DNA of 64,000 bases from Trichosphaerium sp. ATCC 40318 (lineage: Eukaryota; Protista; Tubulinea): the NCBI GenBank assembly GCA_038496445.1, contig JALMLS010000455.1, positions 310,001 to 374,000 on the forward strand, given 5' to 3'. A program made the position numbers and the translations under genes. This document shows, piece after piece, positions 37,595-51,391 of the stretch; the first letter of the stretch is position 1; the number at the start of each line of letters is the position of its first letter. The notes below the pieces were generated by a model that saw only the letters and a program-made list of their open reading frames with translations, was not told where the DNA came from and did not search any database.

Positions 37595-38268
37595 GTCTAC
37601 ACTTGGGCTTTTTATTGACTTAGAAAAGTAGTTGAACTTATTTGTAGGTAAGAAGAAAACCAACTATCGAACTATCGTGGATAAGCAAATTGATGCAACA
37701 AATTTTCAGTTCGTACACGCCAGAATTGCTGAGGTTTGTTGTAGTTCAAACTAAGAATAAGAAAAACAAGCACAACAAATAGCAAACAAAGACTTTTATA
37801 TTACAATTTGGTGGTCCGTTTCTGTTGGAAAAAAATGAAAGGAAGGGGTGCCACATCTCCTATCGTCTAACACCACGCTGAAATCATGAATATGTACCAT
37901 ACAATAAGACTTAGATAGTAGAAACAAAAGCAGCAAAGGAAGAGTAACCTTGTCGAACCCAAAGAAATACACAAACTGCTCTATAGGCTTCACTTAGTTA
38001 CACCTCTACAATATAACTTATTTATCTATAGCGTACTACATAAGCTCCTGGCAAAGAAACGCACATGCAACAAGACCCAACCGCCATTAAAATCCAGTAA
38101 GAAGACAGCAAAAGAATTATATAAAAAACACTGAAAGATATGGATAATTGTTGACCTACTAGCCAAGTATCCACCTTCTAATAAACATATCCATACCTTT
38201 CTATGCTTTCTTGTGCGTTCTATAATACATTATGCACATGTCAAAGTCATGCCAAAAAAAGAAACTTA

Positions 38269-40223
38269 GTCAGCGTCCTATTTTTTCCGGACCGCCCTAT
38301 TTTTTCCGGGTAAAAATCAAAAATTTCAGTACAAAACAATAAGTTTCTCCCTTCAAACATAAGTAAGATATTCCGAATTCTAGTATAAGGAATACACGAT
38401 ATTAGGCACGCGGTATAGGTACTCAGATATGCTGTTACTTGTTAGCTTACACGCATTTCTCACTATTTTTGCCTCTGATATTGTAAAACACTTTTGGGAA
38501 ACTAGAGCACGCTTTCATCTCGCACTACTTACACGCCATCTACTAGACATATTTTACTTATAGTACCTCTCATAAGAAACGTACAAGTCATGTTTGGAGT
38601 TTACAGAGGGCTGATTTGGTATTTTTTTATGTAACGTTGTTTTTAATTTTGCTTTTCTAGCTTTCCATTGTAACTTTTTTTTTGCAAATTTGGGATGCAC
38701 AGGTTTTGTTACCAGTTGAGAACAAGTGCTGTTTCTCAGGTAGACTGAAAATTATTTCTATGTTTGATCTTTATCAAACTCTATTGCACTTATAGAATTA
38801 ACATCATACTCTTAGTCACCGTCACCCAAATGCAGATGGGTATACATCTTAATATCAAAGGCTTGTTATATTAACTATAACTCATTTATACTTTTATCGA
38901 TGTTTTGTCAATGACTTCAGGTCAGACAAATCATGTTGGCACATCAGTTTTTTCAGTTTTTTTCCACAATCTATATTTTTCTGTAGGCCAACACCAGCGT
39001 ATACCTATTGTGACATTAACAGTCCAACTTTAGAGTATTAATATGTTTGCTTTGAACTACAGCTTTATATAAAATTACATACGATATTATGATGTCAATA
39101 TTGAGTTTAACTATCGCCACACAAACATACACAACAAGTAAGAATTGATGTGAAATGAGCATCTCCCATTATTTAAATGCAATCTTATATAATGAGCGTC
39201 TACAACATAGTGTTGGTGCTTGTATACAAACATCAAGTAGCCTTTGGAATATAGGGATGGGGACTGAGAATGTTCAAATGTAGAAGCAAATTGTGAATTT
39301 TTTGAGAAAGGATAGTCTCCGTTTACCACTCACGAAAAAAATTTGCACCACTTCTACTACTATGATTTCCTTCCTCATTATACATGTAGTGCTGGTGATA
39401 TGCAGCTGTAGCACAAACGCTTCTCTGAGCATAGAAATATACCACCTTTTACGCTGTACATGAGGATGCCACAAGTGTAATAAACACAGTATTAACGCCT
39501 TTCCTGGATATATTCATTGCAAACGTCAACTTGCCCATTATCTCACTTGTCATAAATGATTTTTGCTGAATTGGGACACATTTTGAATCATGGGATACAA
39601 ACTTATGGAGTCAACTCCAAATACAACCACAAAAAACTAAAAATGTGATCAACAATTTTGGTGACATCACATTCTCAGAGTGTAAAACCTGAATGTTGCA
39701 GACTGGCTCACTATATTTCCTAATGACTCAGGTATAGCAAGAAATATAGCGCATATGTACATCTTTGATTTTGTGGCCCAGTTTTAATGCTAATGTTCAC
39801 ACCCGAATCTTAAATCACTGTTTACGGCTTTGTGAATTTTAACAAACAATTATTTGATACTCTCGACAACCTCTCCCCTGTGTTAAATTTCGTACACTAA
39901 GTGGTTGGCCCAAAAAGTTGCGACACTTTTTTTTTTCGGTGATTTGTTGAAAATTGTATGTTGAAATTATTTTTCTTTTTGTTCTCACTTCATGTCATAG
40001 GCAGCTTGAGTTCTGTTTTAGCCTGATTGTTGTTTAGCCGTGTAGCGCCCAGCTATTTCGGTTGGAAATGTAACGCTTGGCAATGCTAAAAGCTTGGAAT
40101 TTTATGAAAACTAAGAAAGTGCGTTTCGCGACCCCGTTTCTGTCGCAAATGTCTCTGCACACATTAATACGCACTTTCAAAAGCGGAAAAAATAGGGCAA
40201 CCCGGAAAGAATAGGACCGTGAC
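38269..40223. mobile_element. ~1.95-kb decayed TIR DNA transposon flanked by TA (Tc1/mariner/pogo-like TSD)
   Basis: Left GTCAGCGTCCTATTTTTTCCGGACCGCCCTATTTTTTCCG vs reverse-complemented right GTCACGGTCCTATTCTTTCCGGGTTGCCCTATTTTTTCCG; no intact transposase. Confidence 0.75.
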
Positions 40224-40983
40224 TAACTATCAAAGGTACTTTGTTTTGTATTTTATGCCATTCCAGTTTATCTTTGTCCACTTTTGGTGATTGAGCATCG
40301 TCGCTTTTACTACCCAATGCATTCTCTCCCAGAATGAGCACTAAGAGTGTCAGAAACAGTTACTTTCCGTTAAAAACCGCCTTCCGTAAAAGGAAAGACT
40401 TACAAAACACTGACAGTGTAGTAAACACTAAGGCCAGTACAAAGCCAGTTTCTTGTATTCTTTCTCATTACCCACAGTCCCTGGGTGTCCAACAACCTTT
40501 CTATGGCCTCATTGGATACTGTTGGGGTTCTTAACCGTACACGCTTCGTTGTTGATCTTCTACTACTCTGTGACGGGCTGAACGCGTAGTGTGCGAAATG
40601 TGGTATCAAGAGAGCTTGGTGGGCCACTTTGGTAAAAGCATGTTTAAATACAACATTTCCGTTTCAACTTCACAGTTATTTAACAGAAGATCCGTACCAG
40701 ACAACTGAAAAAATAAATTGAACGACTTTCCTGATGTAACCTGTGCAGCCTGTAACCAGGTACAGACAGCCTTTGACAATATTTTTTCTGCGTATGTAAT
40801 AATAAAAACAACAAAAGAATCAAAAGAATGATGTTTCTCTGATATTATTTTTTTGGACATAATGAATTGACGTCAATAGTACAAAGATATGAATTTTCTT
40901 TTCCGCCAATTCATGGCGTTTTACAAATGTTTTTGAAGGGGGTAAAATAAAAACACCTCAAACAAAAAAGTTTTTGGTTGTCT

Positions 40984-41835
40984 TTAAGCTTTTGGAGGGT
41001 TCTTCATCCTGATGAGTAATTCCTTCATTCTTGATACGTCAGATTTAGAGCTTGGGTTTTGTAGATCTACCATGTTACCAATACGTTGCCAATCAGTGCC
41101 CTTCTAAGTCAAAAATCAGTCAGATTTTTTCTTTTTCAAAATTGTTAAACGGTTTTTTTTGTTTTGACGCTTCATGACATTTCAGTCAAAGGAAAAAGGA
41201 ACTGGTGTCTCCACCCGTACTCCACGTAATTTTACGTACAATATTCTGCTCTTCGGTGGAGCCTGCTACGACATCTTGCTCTGCTCGGTTCTTTTTTTTG
41301 CGTGAGGCGATCATTGCATCTCTTTCGGCGTAGATGCTGTCTAATTCGGCTTTTGCTTCAGCTTTGGCCTTTTCTTCACGTTCAAGCGTTTTGGCTTTTT
41401 TGGCCTCCAAATCTTGTTTGTGCTTTGCCTGCCAATCACTACGAAGCGTGAGCGAACGAGTTTTTCCATAAAGCAAGTTCTAATTTTCACCTTTAACACT
41501 TGACGTACGTGTAAGCTTGTGAGATGCCGTTGTTGGCGCTAGGAGCGGTTTGTGCAGGGATCGCGGCAGCTGCGCTTGTGTCGGCTATTTCTTCTTCTAT
41601 TATCTCGTCTTCAGCGCCTAGCAAGTCTGCTTCACTAACTGCAGGAGCATCGGTGCTTTCTGGCTCTTGAAACTCTTCTTCAATGATCTCTTCAGTAGCT
41701 GACAAATATCTGTTAGAAAACTATTCAAATGCCACAGGTATATTTTAAAGTAAAAACGCGTTTATTTTTTTGCCTGTATTTACACGTATGCGTCAACGTA
41801 CGTTGTGTGCCTCCTAATAAATCTGTTTCTGACAT
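40984..41835 (-). CDS. CLC: Clathrin light chain
   Basis: Acidic N-terminus, W..KH..L..K..E..KA.AKAELD coiled coil, TDWQRIGNMVD..SDVSRMKELLIRMK. Confidence 0.88.
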
Positions 41836-42077
41836 TGTGGAAATAAAACGCTACGTTGTAAATATGTTACAGGCTTAAATAGAATTTGCCCACTTCTTTT
41901 TGGTACTCTAATTCTTCAAAGGGTAAATTACCTAAAAAACTCATGGGAGGCATCTAAAAATGGCGTAGAAGCTAGTGTATAGTGTACACATTGTCAGTAC
42001 TTGATTACGCTGGATCACAGATACACAATACAGTACATATATATCCACGCAACACGTTTGGTGTACTGTAATCAACA

Positions 42078-44100
42078 ATGGCGAATTTCGCATCAGCCAG
42101 TGGACCTTCAACAAAGGTAAATGCGTCAAATCAGCGAGGCTCATTCTGGACGGCTGTAGAAGATATTGAACGTAATATAAGCGATTTTGACGCAGCGGAC
42201 CCTATAAAATCCCTTAGAGCAACCCGATGTCGTACTAGTATAGCACCACAACCCGACAGACTTACACTTGCAGAAATTACATACACAAAGGAGTTAAACA
42301 ATCTTTTTTCTGACATAAATGAATGCATGTACGATATTTCAGGCGAACGCCTTGAATGTCTTCAAATGCCGTTGCCCAATGAGCCAAAAACGGAAAAAGT
42401 ACAACAAGAAGATTGGCGCTCAGCAAAAAGCATTCCAGTAGATGCAAGCGAATCTAATAAGCGAGATACACTAGAAGATTGGGTAGTTATTCCGTCGGAC
42501 GAAGAAAAACAAAAAAACAAAGAGCTGCTTGAGTTTGAAAAACAAACAGGTGTCATCGCTGCAAACCCACAACTACTAAACAAACCATTTCGCCGTGCTA
42601 CTCCTAGCATAGCAGTACCTAAATCACGGCACGGATTCAGTAGAACGAGCGGTCATCGTAAATCTTGGACAAGCGCGAAATCGTCTGGACGGCTTTCAAA
42701 ATCTTCAAATGTAGCTTTTGGCGCTGGACGTTCACCTCAGAAGTCAGCACCTGTAACAATAGGCGCGAGTAGTCTAGATACTCTCTTAGATACCGAAACA
42801 CTTGAAAACACGACGAGTACTGCAAAGCGGTTGTACGCCAACTTAAAGTTGTTTTAAGAGCCTCTTAGCTTTCTTTGCTAACTTTTGACTGTTAGGGCAC
42901 CTGCACCTGCCCGTGCTCGATCCTCTCCAGCGTCTCATGAGCAAATAATTAAAGCTCGTAAGCGAATATTGCAAGATGAGAATCGCGTTTCGTCACCAGT
43001 AATAACTTTGACTACAAATCCTGATAAAAAATCAACATACATAATTTCACCTCAAGCTCGAATATCACCAAAACCCACTCCACTTGGTTCAACACCAAAT
43101 GTAAATAAACAACAAAACCCACAAAATAATCATAATCAACATACAAATCACGACCCCAATGGAAGTTCTTCGGTACCTACACCTCACACCAATTCGATGA
43201 CAACAACACCAAAAAAACAAAATATTACGAAGAATCAGCTTGACACATCACAACGTATCAACACTTTACTAAATACTCCTACACCAACAACTACTTCTTC
43301 TTTTATATGTATGGGTTGTAATAAGCCTATTACTGGTGCATATTTATGTACAGGTACCAAGTATTGGCACAAGGTACGTCTATTGTTAATCGTTTGTTAA
43401 AAAAAAACTCTAACCCCAAATTAGGAATGCCTCACGTGCTCTTGTTGTTCTAAATCTGTAACACAAGTGAGTTATTATTACTTATTTATATTATGTATTT
43501 CTACTCTTCGTATGTGGTCATCTAATAATGCTACAGGGTGAGTACTATATTGATAAACAGCTTGGTACTGTTTATTGTATAACTTGCGGCAATACAGAAT
43601 TTAGATGCGCAGTTTGTTCTAAAGCAATCACTGGACAGTACGTCAATTTTTGGTTTACTAGTAATCCACATATGTTCCTAAACTACTGATAGGTTTGTTA
43701 ACCTTCCAGGAGGTGCAGTACATCAAGAATGTATGCAATCTACTGTACGTAACCAATTCCTTCTTTTTTCTTTGTTGATATTTTTTAAAAAGTGTCCTGC
43801 TTGTTCTCTTCCAGTAGTATCTGGATCAATGATGAATGCAATGGTGAGTATTGAAACAAATCTTAGCGTAATCACCACCTAATATATATTGTTTTAGGGC
43901 AGTTTTTGGCATACGAAGTGCTTCAGCTGCACAGCTTGTGGTATTCAATTATCTTCAAAATTTGCAAAAAAGAACAACAATGTACGTACTCCTTCCTTCG
44001 TCCCACTTGATAAAACAATAATATCGACGATTTATATTTTGGCTTATAGTAACCTAATTTACATAACTAGCTTTATTGTGTCAGTTGCGCCACACGATAG
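42078..44100 (+). CDS. Paxillin/zyxin-like protein: disordered N-terminus + about 3 C-terminal LIM domains
   Basis: CMGCNKPITG..WHKECLTCSCC, CAVCSKAITG..VHQEC, CPACSLPV..WHTKCFSCTAC..YCVSC. Confidence 0.85.
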
Positions 44101-44410
44101 GGTTTTTTGTGCAACTTCACAGCTATGTTTTTTTCTCCACATGTATTGTTGTCATGTTATTTGACAACGATGACATCAAACTACTTGTACAATAAAACAC
44201 TTTATGTTTAAAATGAAGCATTACAACACCAATTGAAGGCTTAAACGAATGAGGTTTCCTGACAGCAAGACAGTAAGTACACTTATGTATTGAATACGTA
44301 AGTAATTTGTTTTAACAAGTCATAATATTCTACAACTGATACATAGACGTGATTGTTGTTTTTGTAATATCATACTCCATGGATATTCCACTGTGCTATA
44401 ACTCTGTTCT

Positions 44411-45161
44411 TTATACAGTACCATGTGGTACTCCGTTCTTGTAAATTACTGTTCTATATGTTATGTGGTCTCTCGTATAAGTACCAAACTGATACTTACA
44501 TTCTCCATGTAGCAACCCATCTTTATAGTAACCAATAGCAGCCAAATCATTCGGCCAAGTGAGGTATCTCCTGTACTCTCCATCCTTTTTCCCGTTCTTA
44601 TAAAAATAGTGCAGATGAAGAGTACCATTTCTGTACCATTGTTTGAACTCTCCATTTAATTTACCATCAATGTAAGAACACGAAAATATCAATTGACCAT
44701 TCACGAAACATTTGCTCTTTCCCATTTTTTTCACCATTTTTATAGCATCTCTCAAGCTCCAATGCACCATTCAGATACCAATGTCTCTCTGGACCATCAC
44801 AAACACCATATTTGTAATGCCTTTGTATACTTTTTTGTCCATTATTATGCCATTTGGTCCACGTGCCATGGAGTTTGTCATTCAAGAAAAAAAGTTGTTT
44901 GTAAATTACACCAGCCTTCCAGATCTTGTATTCTCCTGACCCATTTACAAAGTGCCCATGGCGTGTGATACTATTTGAACCATCTATTGCGTATTTTATC
45001 CATTTACCGTGTTTTCGTAGATTGTTATCATAGCGTGATGTGATGGCAGTGTATCTACAAAGTAATGGCCATTTCTCGTACAACGAAATGTTTAGATCAA
45101 TTAAAATCAAGTGTAATTCAACAGGTATGTCAAGTAAACCTGTTTTTTCTTTATTTTCCAT
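44411..45161 (-). pseudogene. F-box-like + MORN_2 copy B (inverted paralog) with a 2-nt frameshift
   Basis: Near-identical to 35516-36170; cgtgtgaat > cgtgaat near 44703; carries an extra C-terminal repeat. Confidence 0.75.
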
Positions 45162-46189
45162 GTTCTTACATAATACCGCAGTGTATTTCAGTACGGCTTA
45201 CAAGTTTTTCATAACTGCGAAGTATTTTTACCGAGTGTATTATGCCACTTCTTGACGTTGCTCTTTGGTATGGTCGTGGGATGTCAATAAAGTTGTAGTA
45301 TGAAGGTAGCTTGGTGAGGTTGCTGGAGGTACGATAGGGCTACCATAAAGCCTGTCATTTAAATTCTACGTTAGTGCAAAGCAAGAGCTCCTTTTTGGTT
45401 GCATTTCCATGATGTGTATAACTAACAAAATCCTTTTAGGAACAGCCGGTTTCAACAGTAAGAAGTAAAACATGCGCTCCTATCTCAAGGGCATCAACCA
45501 CTGCTTCATATCTTCCTTTTTTGGCCTTGCTTTTTTTCTTTTAAGTTCCTTGACCTTCCGTTTTTTAACTTTGCGATTATACTTTGCTTGTCCGTATATC
45601 CTTGTCATAAGGAAAGTCTCGCTATACCATGAACGCCATACAACATTATCGGTAACCATACAGGACCATGATTTCAAACAAGGCGAGAAGTAAGACCTGT
45701 TTGTGCTTCCATTTTCAAAATAGTATCAACACAAGTTCATCATAAGTCAACCACAGGTGTCGTCATTCATAAACATTTGCTGGGTGCGTAGTACGACCTG
45801 ATTATGAGCTAGCAATCTAAAACGGATCATGGTGTACAAGTACCATCCAAATAACTACCGGTAAAAACAATGGCACTAAACAATAAACAAAGTTCATTAA
45901 ATGAAATAACCCACTTTGTCACGTGTCGAAAACCGTTTTGTTTCTTTTTAGGTTTATTTACAACGCACGGTATTAGTTGTGCTTTAAACAATAGTTTCAC
46001 ACGTGGTGTACCATTTAAGCATGGAATAGCATCAGTTATTGGTTTTGTAACGAAATTGTACTACAGTGCTTCATACACGAAAACGAGAATTAAGCTAAGC
46101 CTATCATATGAGATTATTACCTTCCCAGGAAAAAACCAATGTCAAACAATAAAAAAGAAGTATGCTAAGTTTATTTCTTTGTATTTTAG

Positions 46190-48250
46190 TTACGGTTTCC
46201 ATTCTCTGAAGAAACTTATTGTACTAATATCTGAAGGTGTCAACCGTTTTGCTGTGTTCACGAAATTATCGCCTAAGGAGGGAAGAGTTAAACTTGATAG
46301 AGGCTTAAATGGTTTCCAACTAACCTGGATTACATATTGTACAATGTTGCCATACAGCAACAGCTGCCACTACTGGAACGGAGTCAGGACCGTGATAGTG
46401 ATATAAAGCAGATCCACTGTGTCCACCGTTCATATCACAATTTGTTCTTACAACCTGGACAAGTAAATATAAGTACACAAGGAATTTCGTTGGCTTTAAT
46501 TTATTTTGTTAACTTACCCTGTTCCAGCCATTTGCTATGAAGTTGTATTGACCTAGTTCACACTCTTTGGTATCTCCATACAAAGCTCCATCAACACATG
46601 ACGGCGAAGGGGAATTATTTGCATCACATACAGGATATCCTCTGTTGTAATGATACAAACTTCCCAAAGATGAAGCAGGTTTTGCAACATATCCTTTAAC
46701 ACAACAGTCAGCAACAAACAATCATGTTTAAAAGATGTACCCATCCATCCTGTTAGCTCTCCAATTCTATCTGGTAGGACGAGTATACCCCAGTCGTATT
46801 GTGTAGCAGTATAACCGGAAATAGCTGGATTTCTGAGCAATGTCAGTATCAAGGTTTTAAAAGTTTCATTGGTGTTGTGAGGTACCTCCATTCTACAGGT
46901 GTAAAATACCATCTGAATGGATCGCCAGGTTCAAAGTTTAAAGTAATTGTTGATTGTCCATAAGGTCGGTTCGTAGCCGAGTTCTCATTTCTACCAGGAA
47001 TGACAGTAACAGTAAACCAGTTGTTTGTTCCTTGAGCATTAATGCAATGTGCTACCATAGAAGTTAATCAATAGTTTTGTTGCTGTTTAAAGAATACCTG
47101 CTGTGAGAACATGTCTTGGTCCAATGAGAGTACCAGTGCATCTTCCAAAGTCGGATATTGATCTAATTCCAAATGTAAGTTCTTGTTGAATAAAAACGTG
47201 ATTGATACCTCCAAGGCCAAAGTGTTGTTGGTTCTCTTAGGATTCTAGAATCATCTGCGTTACTCCAACCTCGTTTTGTTGGTGCGTTATTTTCATATGA
47301 AGGTACTCCACGTGATTTCTATATAAAGTTAGCAATACACCAAACAAAAAGCAGTGCGGTTACATACCACAGCGCCAGTTAATCCGTCTCTCAAACGATT
47401 AATTTCTTCGAACAAGTTCGATCCAACTTCAATCTCCCACTCAACTTTGGTCCCTAATATGTTGTTAGGCTTAAGACGATAGCACTTAAATAATAGAAAT
47501 CGATAAGTACCAGAGTTGAAAGCAAGCAATCTTGTTTTACGTAGTAAGTCTGTCTTTTCTAAAGGGATTGTAAGAAGACGTAAAAAAAGCAAGAAAAACA
47601 AAACTATACCTGTTTCTGTACTACCATCTGTTGTTGTACTATCAAAAGCGTCTGCCTTGCCTGTAGGCATTTCAACGCGCGTATCAACTAGTTTTCCCAT
47701 GCCAATAGGAGTAGCCTACATGAAAAATTAGGTCAAACATTTACAAAACAAAAGGGAGATGTACCATCAAGTCATCTGTTATTTTGATTGGTTTGTTATC
47801 TTTTGGTACAATGTTGTCTAGAATGCTCGATAGTTTCTCAAGACCCAAGGTGTCACAGCTGCACTCGCAGTCGCATATACTTCGAATAGGATACGGTACT
47901 GTAGGTACATTGTTCGCATCAAAACAAACTTCCTTGCCATCAATTTTTGTATCTCCAGAGGCGATTTGATTCAAATACAAACGGCTCAGACTACAAGTAC
48001 CAAGGGTACCAACAATGATATTCGTGCATGAAGTGGCAAGAGCTGAGTCACAAACACTTTGACATTTTGATACAGCCATCTCTCTTACATTTTGTAATGC
48101 TTCATCCTACGCAAGAATTAAACTATCAAACAACAAGATCTAAAGCCTTACCAATGTGCATCCATATGTTTTTGCTGATACGCCTTGCGAGTATGCACTT
48201 TGTGCATAAAGAGATAGTATAAAGAACGTTGCTAAGATTACCAAACGCAT
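46190..48250 (-). CDS. Secreted trypsin-like (V8/glutamyl-endopeptidase-like) serine protease copy A; apparent 1-nt frameshift just after the catalytic Ser
   Basis: Signal MRLVILATFFILSLYAQSAYS; Cys-rich pro-region; CTGTLIGPRHVLTAAHC, YDWG, GYP, CDMNGGHSGS; gcttatat where copy B has gctttgtat (about 46404). Confidence 0.8.
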
Positions 48251-48254
48251 AAAG

Positions 48255-48680
48255 GAAAGGTGTTGTTGCTTTGTTTGCTGTTTGTGGTTTATAAAAAATG
48301 GTTTTGTTGGAAACGGATGTGAATTTCATGTGAACAGTTGCGTCAACACGTGTGTTCAATAAAAATTTGTGCGTCCGTTCATGCGCATTCACTGTATATT
48401 CGCAGGTCTTCAACAATGTTTCTGGCTTGATATTAGTCTGCCTTGGAGCCTTGGGAATGTTGTCAAGTTGCTTCTTTTGTCCCTTGGCGTCGTTGTTATT
48501 TCAGTTAAATTCTCGCTTTTCTTGAGAGGAGAAGTACCGTTTGGCTTTTTTTGCTTGTTTCTGATTTACCTTGGCGACGTAGTATTTAATAGAAGGCAAA
48601 ACAGTCTCGTTTGTTTCCGATCAAATCCGGTCTTTTGGTTATTTAAATATTCACTTAAATGCTGCTTGGGTCTTGTGAAT
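48255..48680. repeat. Repeat upstream of both proteases (direct copy about 53480-53900; inverted partial copy about 49749-49930)
   Basis: Near-identical sequence at three sites. Confidence 0.9.
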
Positions 48681-48839
48681 TGCTTCGTGAACCTATCTCA
48701 TGGCTGGCAAGCGCATATAATCTGTTGGACAAAGCAAAGCTATATATGCTGTTGCTATGCTCGCACTTTTATGCTCTCAGTTGTCTTTGCAAGTCGTTAA
48801 CAAGCGAAACAACCGTCGTTGATCTGTAAACCGTTCACC

Positions 48840-49290
48840 GTTTACAAAATAATACCTTTTATTTACCAAAGGTTGAAGGATTTGAAGTATTCCAAGACAT
48901 TAGAAACTTCTCGTTCTCTTACTCCTACAAATTCACCGCAAGAAACCTTACAATTGGCAGGAAGACTACAATGTCGTGTCTCTAACACAGCCTTGACTCT
49001 ATTGGGTACTAAGACAAATAATAGTTGCTTACACAATTCAATTACAGTGGAAACGTATGTTAAATATAGCAGTGGAATAACCAATAAAGCTCTTCACATT
49101 GGTTGGTGTTCGCATTATTAGTTTAGGGCATTGTCATGTGACTGTTGCAGGTGTTGTAGTTTTGGATGGAGATATACAATATCCTTAACATGAAACCTCA
49201 GTTACTGACAAAGGTGTTAAATCATTATCAGGTGTTCACTCAATTTGCTTGGGTAGTACTAGCGACAGATGAAGGTACAAGCAACCTCGA
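48840..49290 (+). pseudogene. Decayed LRR gene of the same family as 55295-56985
   Basis: VTDKGVKSLSGVHSICLGST and ITNKAL remnants with stops and frameshifts. Confidence 0.6.
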
Positions 49291-50089
49291 CCATGGCTTA
49301 AATCATTAATTTACAAGCGCTGACACCCACCAACAAAAGAGATCTAGCATCAACCAATTAGTGAGGGAGGTGTAATAACATTAAACACCCAGCTGTAGGC
49401 TATGTAAACACCGCCAGATGTCAAATATGTAAATAAGCAATTTTACTATAGGTTTGTTAAATTACGTGGGTTTGAAACGGTTGGATGCGATACGCAGGCG
49501 TGAGGGTAGATCATATTTAACAAGTGAGATTGCAAGATCTGTCAGAAGCATTGCATCCGTCAGAAACTGGATTGTTTTTTGCTCAAGCAGTCTGGCTTCG
49601 AGTCTTTTAGTTAGCTGTTCAGTCTTGAGTGTACCCCAGATTTCATTGGCAGTTCCTAAGGCTTTATTCAGTTCCTTTTGAAGTCAGGTGACTATTTTTC
49701 AAAAATTTAAATTCAGCAGTACAAGGCAAAAAACAATAAACCAAGCTTCTCAAGAAAAGCGAGAATTTAACTGAAATAACAACGACGCCAAGGGACAAAA
49801 GAAGCAACTTGACAACATTCCCAAGGCTCCAAGGCAGACTAATATCAAGCCAGAAACATTGTTGAAGACCTGCGAATATACAGTGAATGCGCATGAACGG
49901 ACGCACAAATTTTTATTGAACACACGTGTCGAACGTTAGATGGTGTTGTTAAATTATTTGAAGCTGCAGCCTCAAATGTACGCCGTTTATAATACTTGTA
50001 TTTCAATGTGAGAGGAGGTTTCAAACCGTTTTTTTTGAGGAGCTGTCTTAGTTTTTAAACTCGGTTGTTTAGAAAGGAGGGCTCACGTT

Positions 50090-50951
50090 GTCAGTTAAAG
50101 TTGAAGGAAGCGAGTTATTGCTTGTTGTGAAATTGATGTGCTGAACTTATCAAGAAAGTACACATTTAAACTGACTGCGAGTGGAGATAGAGCAACTATC
50201 ATTGAAACTACAGTATGTCTCTTTCTGTTACTTGTGTTGGTAACTATTCTTAGGTCAGCAAACTGATATCACGTGTTAAAAGCTAGCAATTGCAAATATT
50301 TCAGACGCAATCATTTCGATTTTCAGATAAGGATAAACACCCTTCTATTGGAGTGTATGGAGGCAATACTTTTGCCAAGTACACTAACCCAAATAGCAGT
50401 ACTATTCGTGTAGTATTTTGATATAGTATTAAACACCTTTAGTTCCCAGTATCATTTGTGTTGAAGGCGAATTCTGTTCTGGAGTTCACTACGCTGCTTT
50501 CAAGTACAGTTAGATTGTATTGTTGTTACTTGATCAATTAACCTTACCTTCAAGGATTATCAAAAGCAGCAGTCCTAATTATATTATGATTGGTGTAGTT
50601 CCATCTAAAGGATTTACAGTTTCAGCACATCCAGGCCATAAGGAAAATGCTAGTGGCGTATCTATTCAAGGTTTTGACGGTTATGTGTACTTTTCAAACA
50701 CACGCGAAAACAGGGGAGGACCACCGTTCACAAAAGGTATGTTTTAAGTGAATCTTGTTATTGTTTATACTAACTGTTGTGCAAAAGATGATATTGTTGG
50801 CGTTACACTTGATATGAACAAAAAGTGTGTAACATTTCACGTGAATGAAAAAACGTCTCAATCATCCAAAATTATTGGAGATTCGTACAGGTTTGGTGCT
50901 TACTAGTGCGTTGGTACAACAGTACAAATACTACCAAATCTATGCTATTAA
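50090..50951 (+). pseudogene. SPRY/B30.2-domain gene fragment, probably pseudogenised
   Basis: SGVHYAAFKII..YIMIGVV..GPPFTK.DIVGVTLDM..VTFHVN..YRFGAY*; in-frame TAG in the last strand; no clear start. Confidence 0.65.
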
Positions 50952-51391
50952 TAAATACAGATGCCTTTCCAAATAATCCACTGTTTTTTTTCTCATTTTT
51001 TTCACATTTTTCGTATTGTCGCATGGCCTATTTATTAGCTTTTGTATATTAGCCATATTAGCTACTTACTCAATGAGAGATGTACTTCTACATCTGTGGT
51101 ACTTTTTCTTACCGCTTTAAAAGGTATTAAATGGAATATGTAACAATGCCATCATATTCAAACGCCTTTGTAGCTTTAGGTTTGAAATGTTAGAGCCTGC
51201 GTCTCACAATATGTCGCAATATGAACGGAAGCCTAGCTTACAGCTACGCCGAACTGAGGTCTAGACCACTTCGCTACTTAGCCAATAAACCAATATCATA
51301 TTAAAAAGTATGCTGTATTTCTTTATTTTTAGTATTTTTAGTTTTTAAATCGGATTACGAAGTATTCTGTGTTTATTTATTTGGTATTAAA

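Noticed and set aside
37796-40860. A membrane-protein gene split by the 38.3-40.2 kb element
   Set aside because: Flanks look coding-like, but I could not build a consistent frame or recognise a family.
35516-45161. Diversity-generating retroelement (template/variable repeat pair)
   Set aside because: Differences between the copies are not adenine-specific and no reverse transcriptase is present.
51190-51283. tRNA-like 5' end on the - strand (GGCTAAGTAGCGAAGTGGTCTA)
   Set aside because: Good A box, but no B box, T-arm or acceptor 3' strand; at most a relic.
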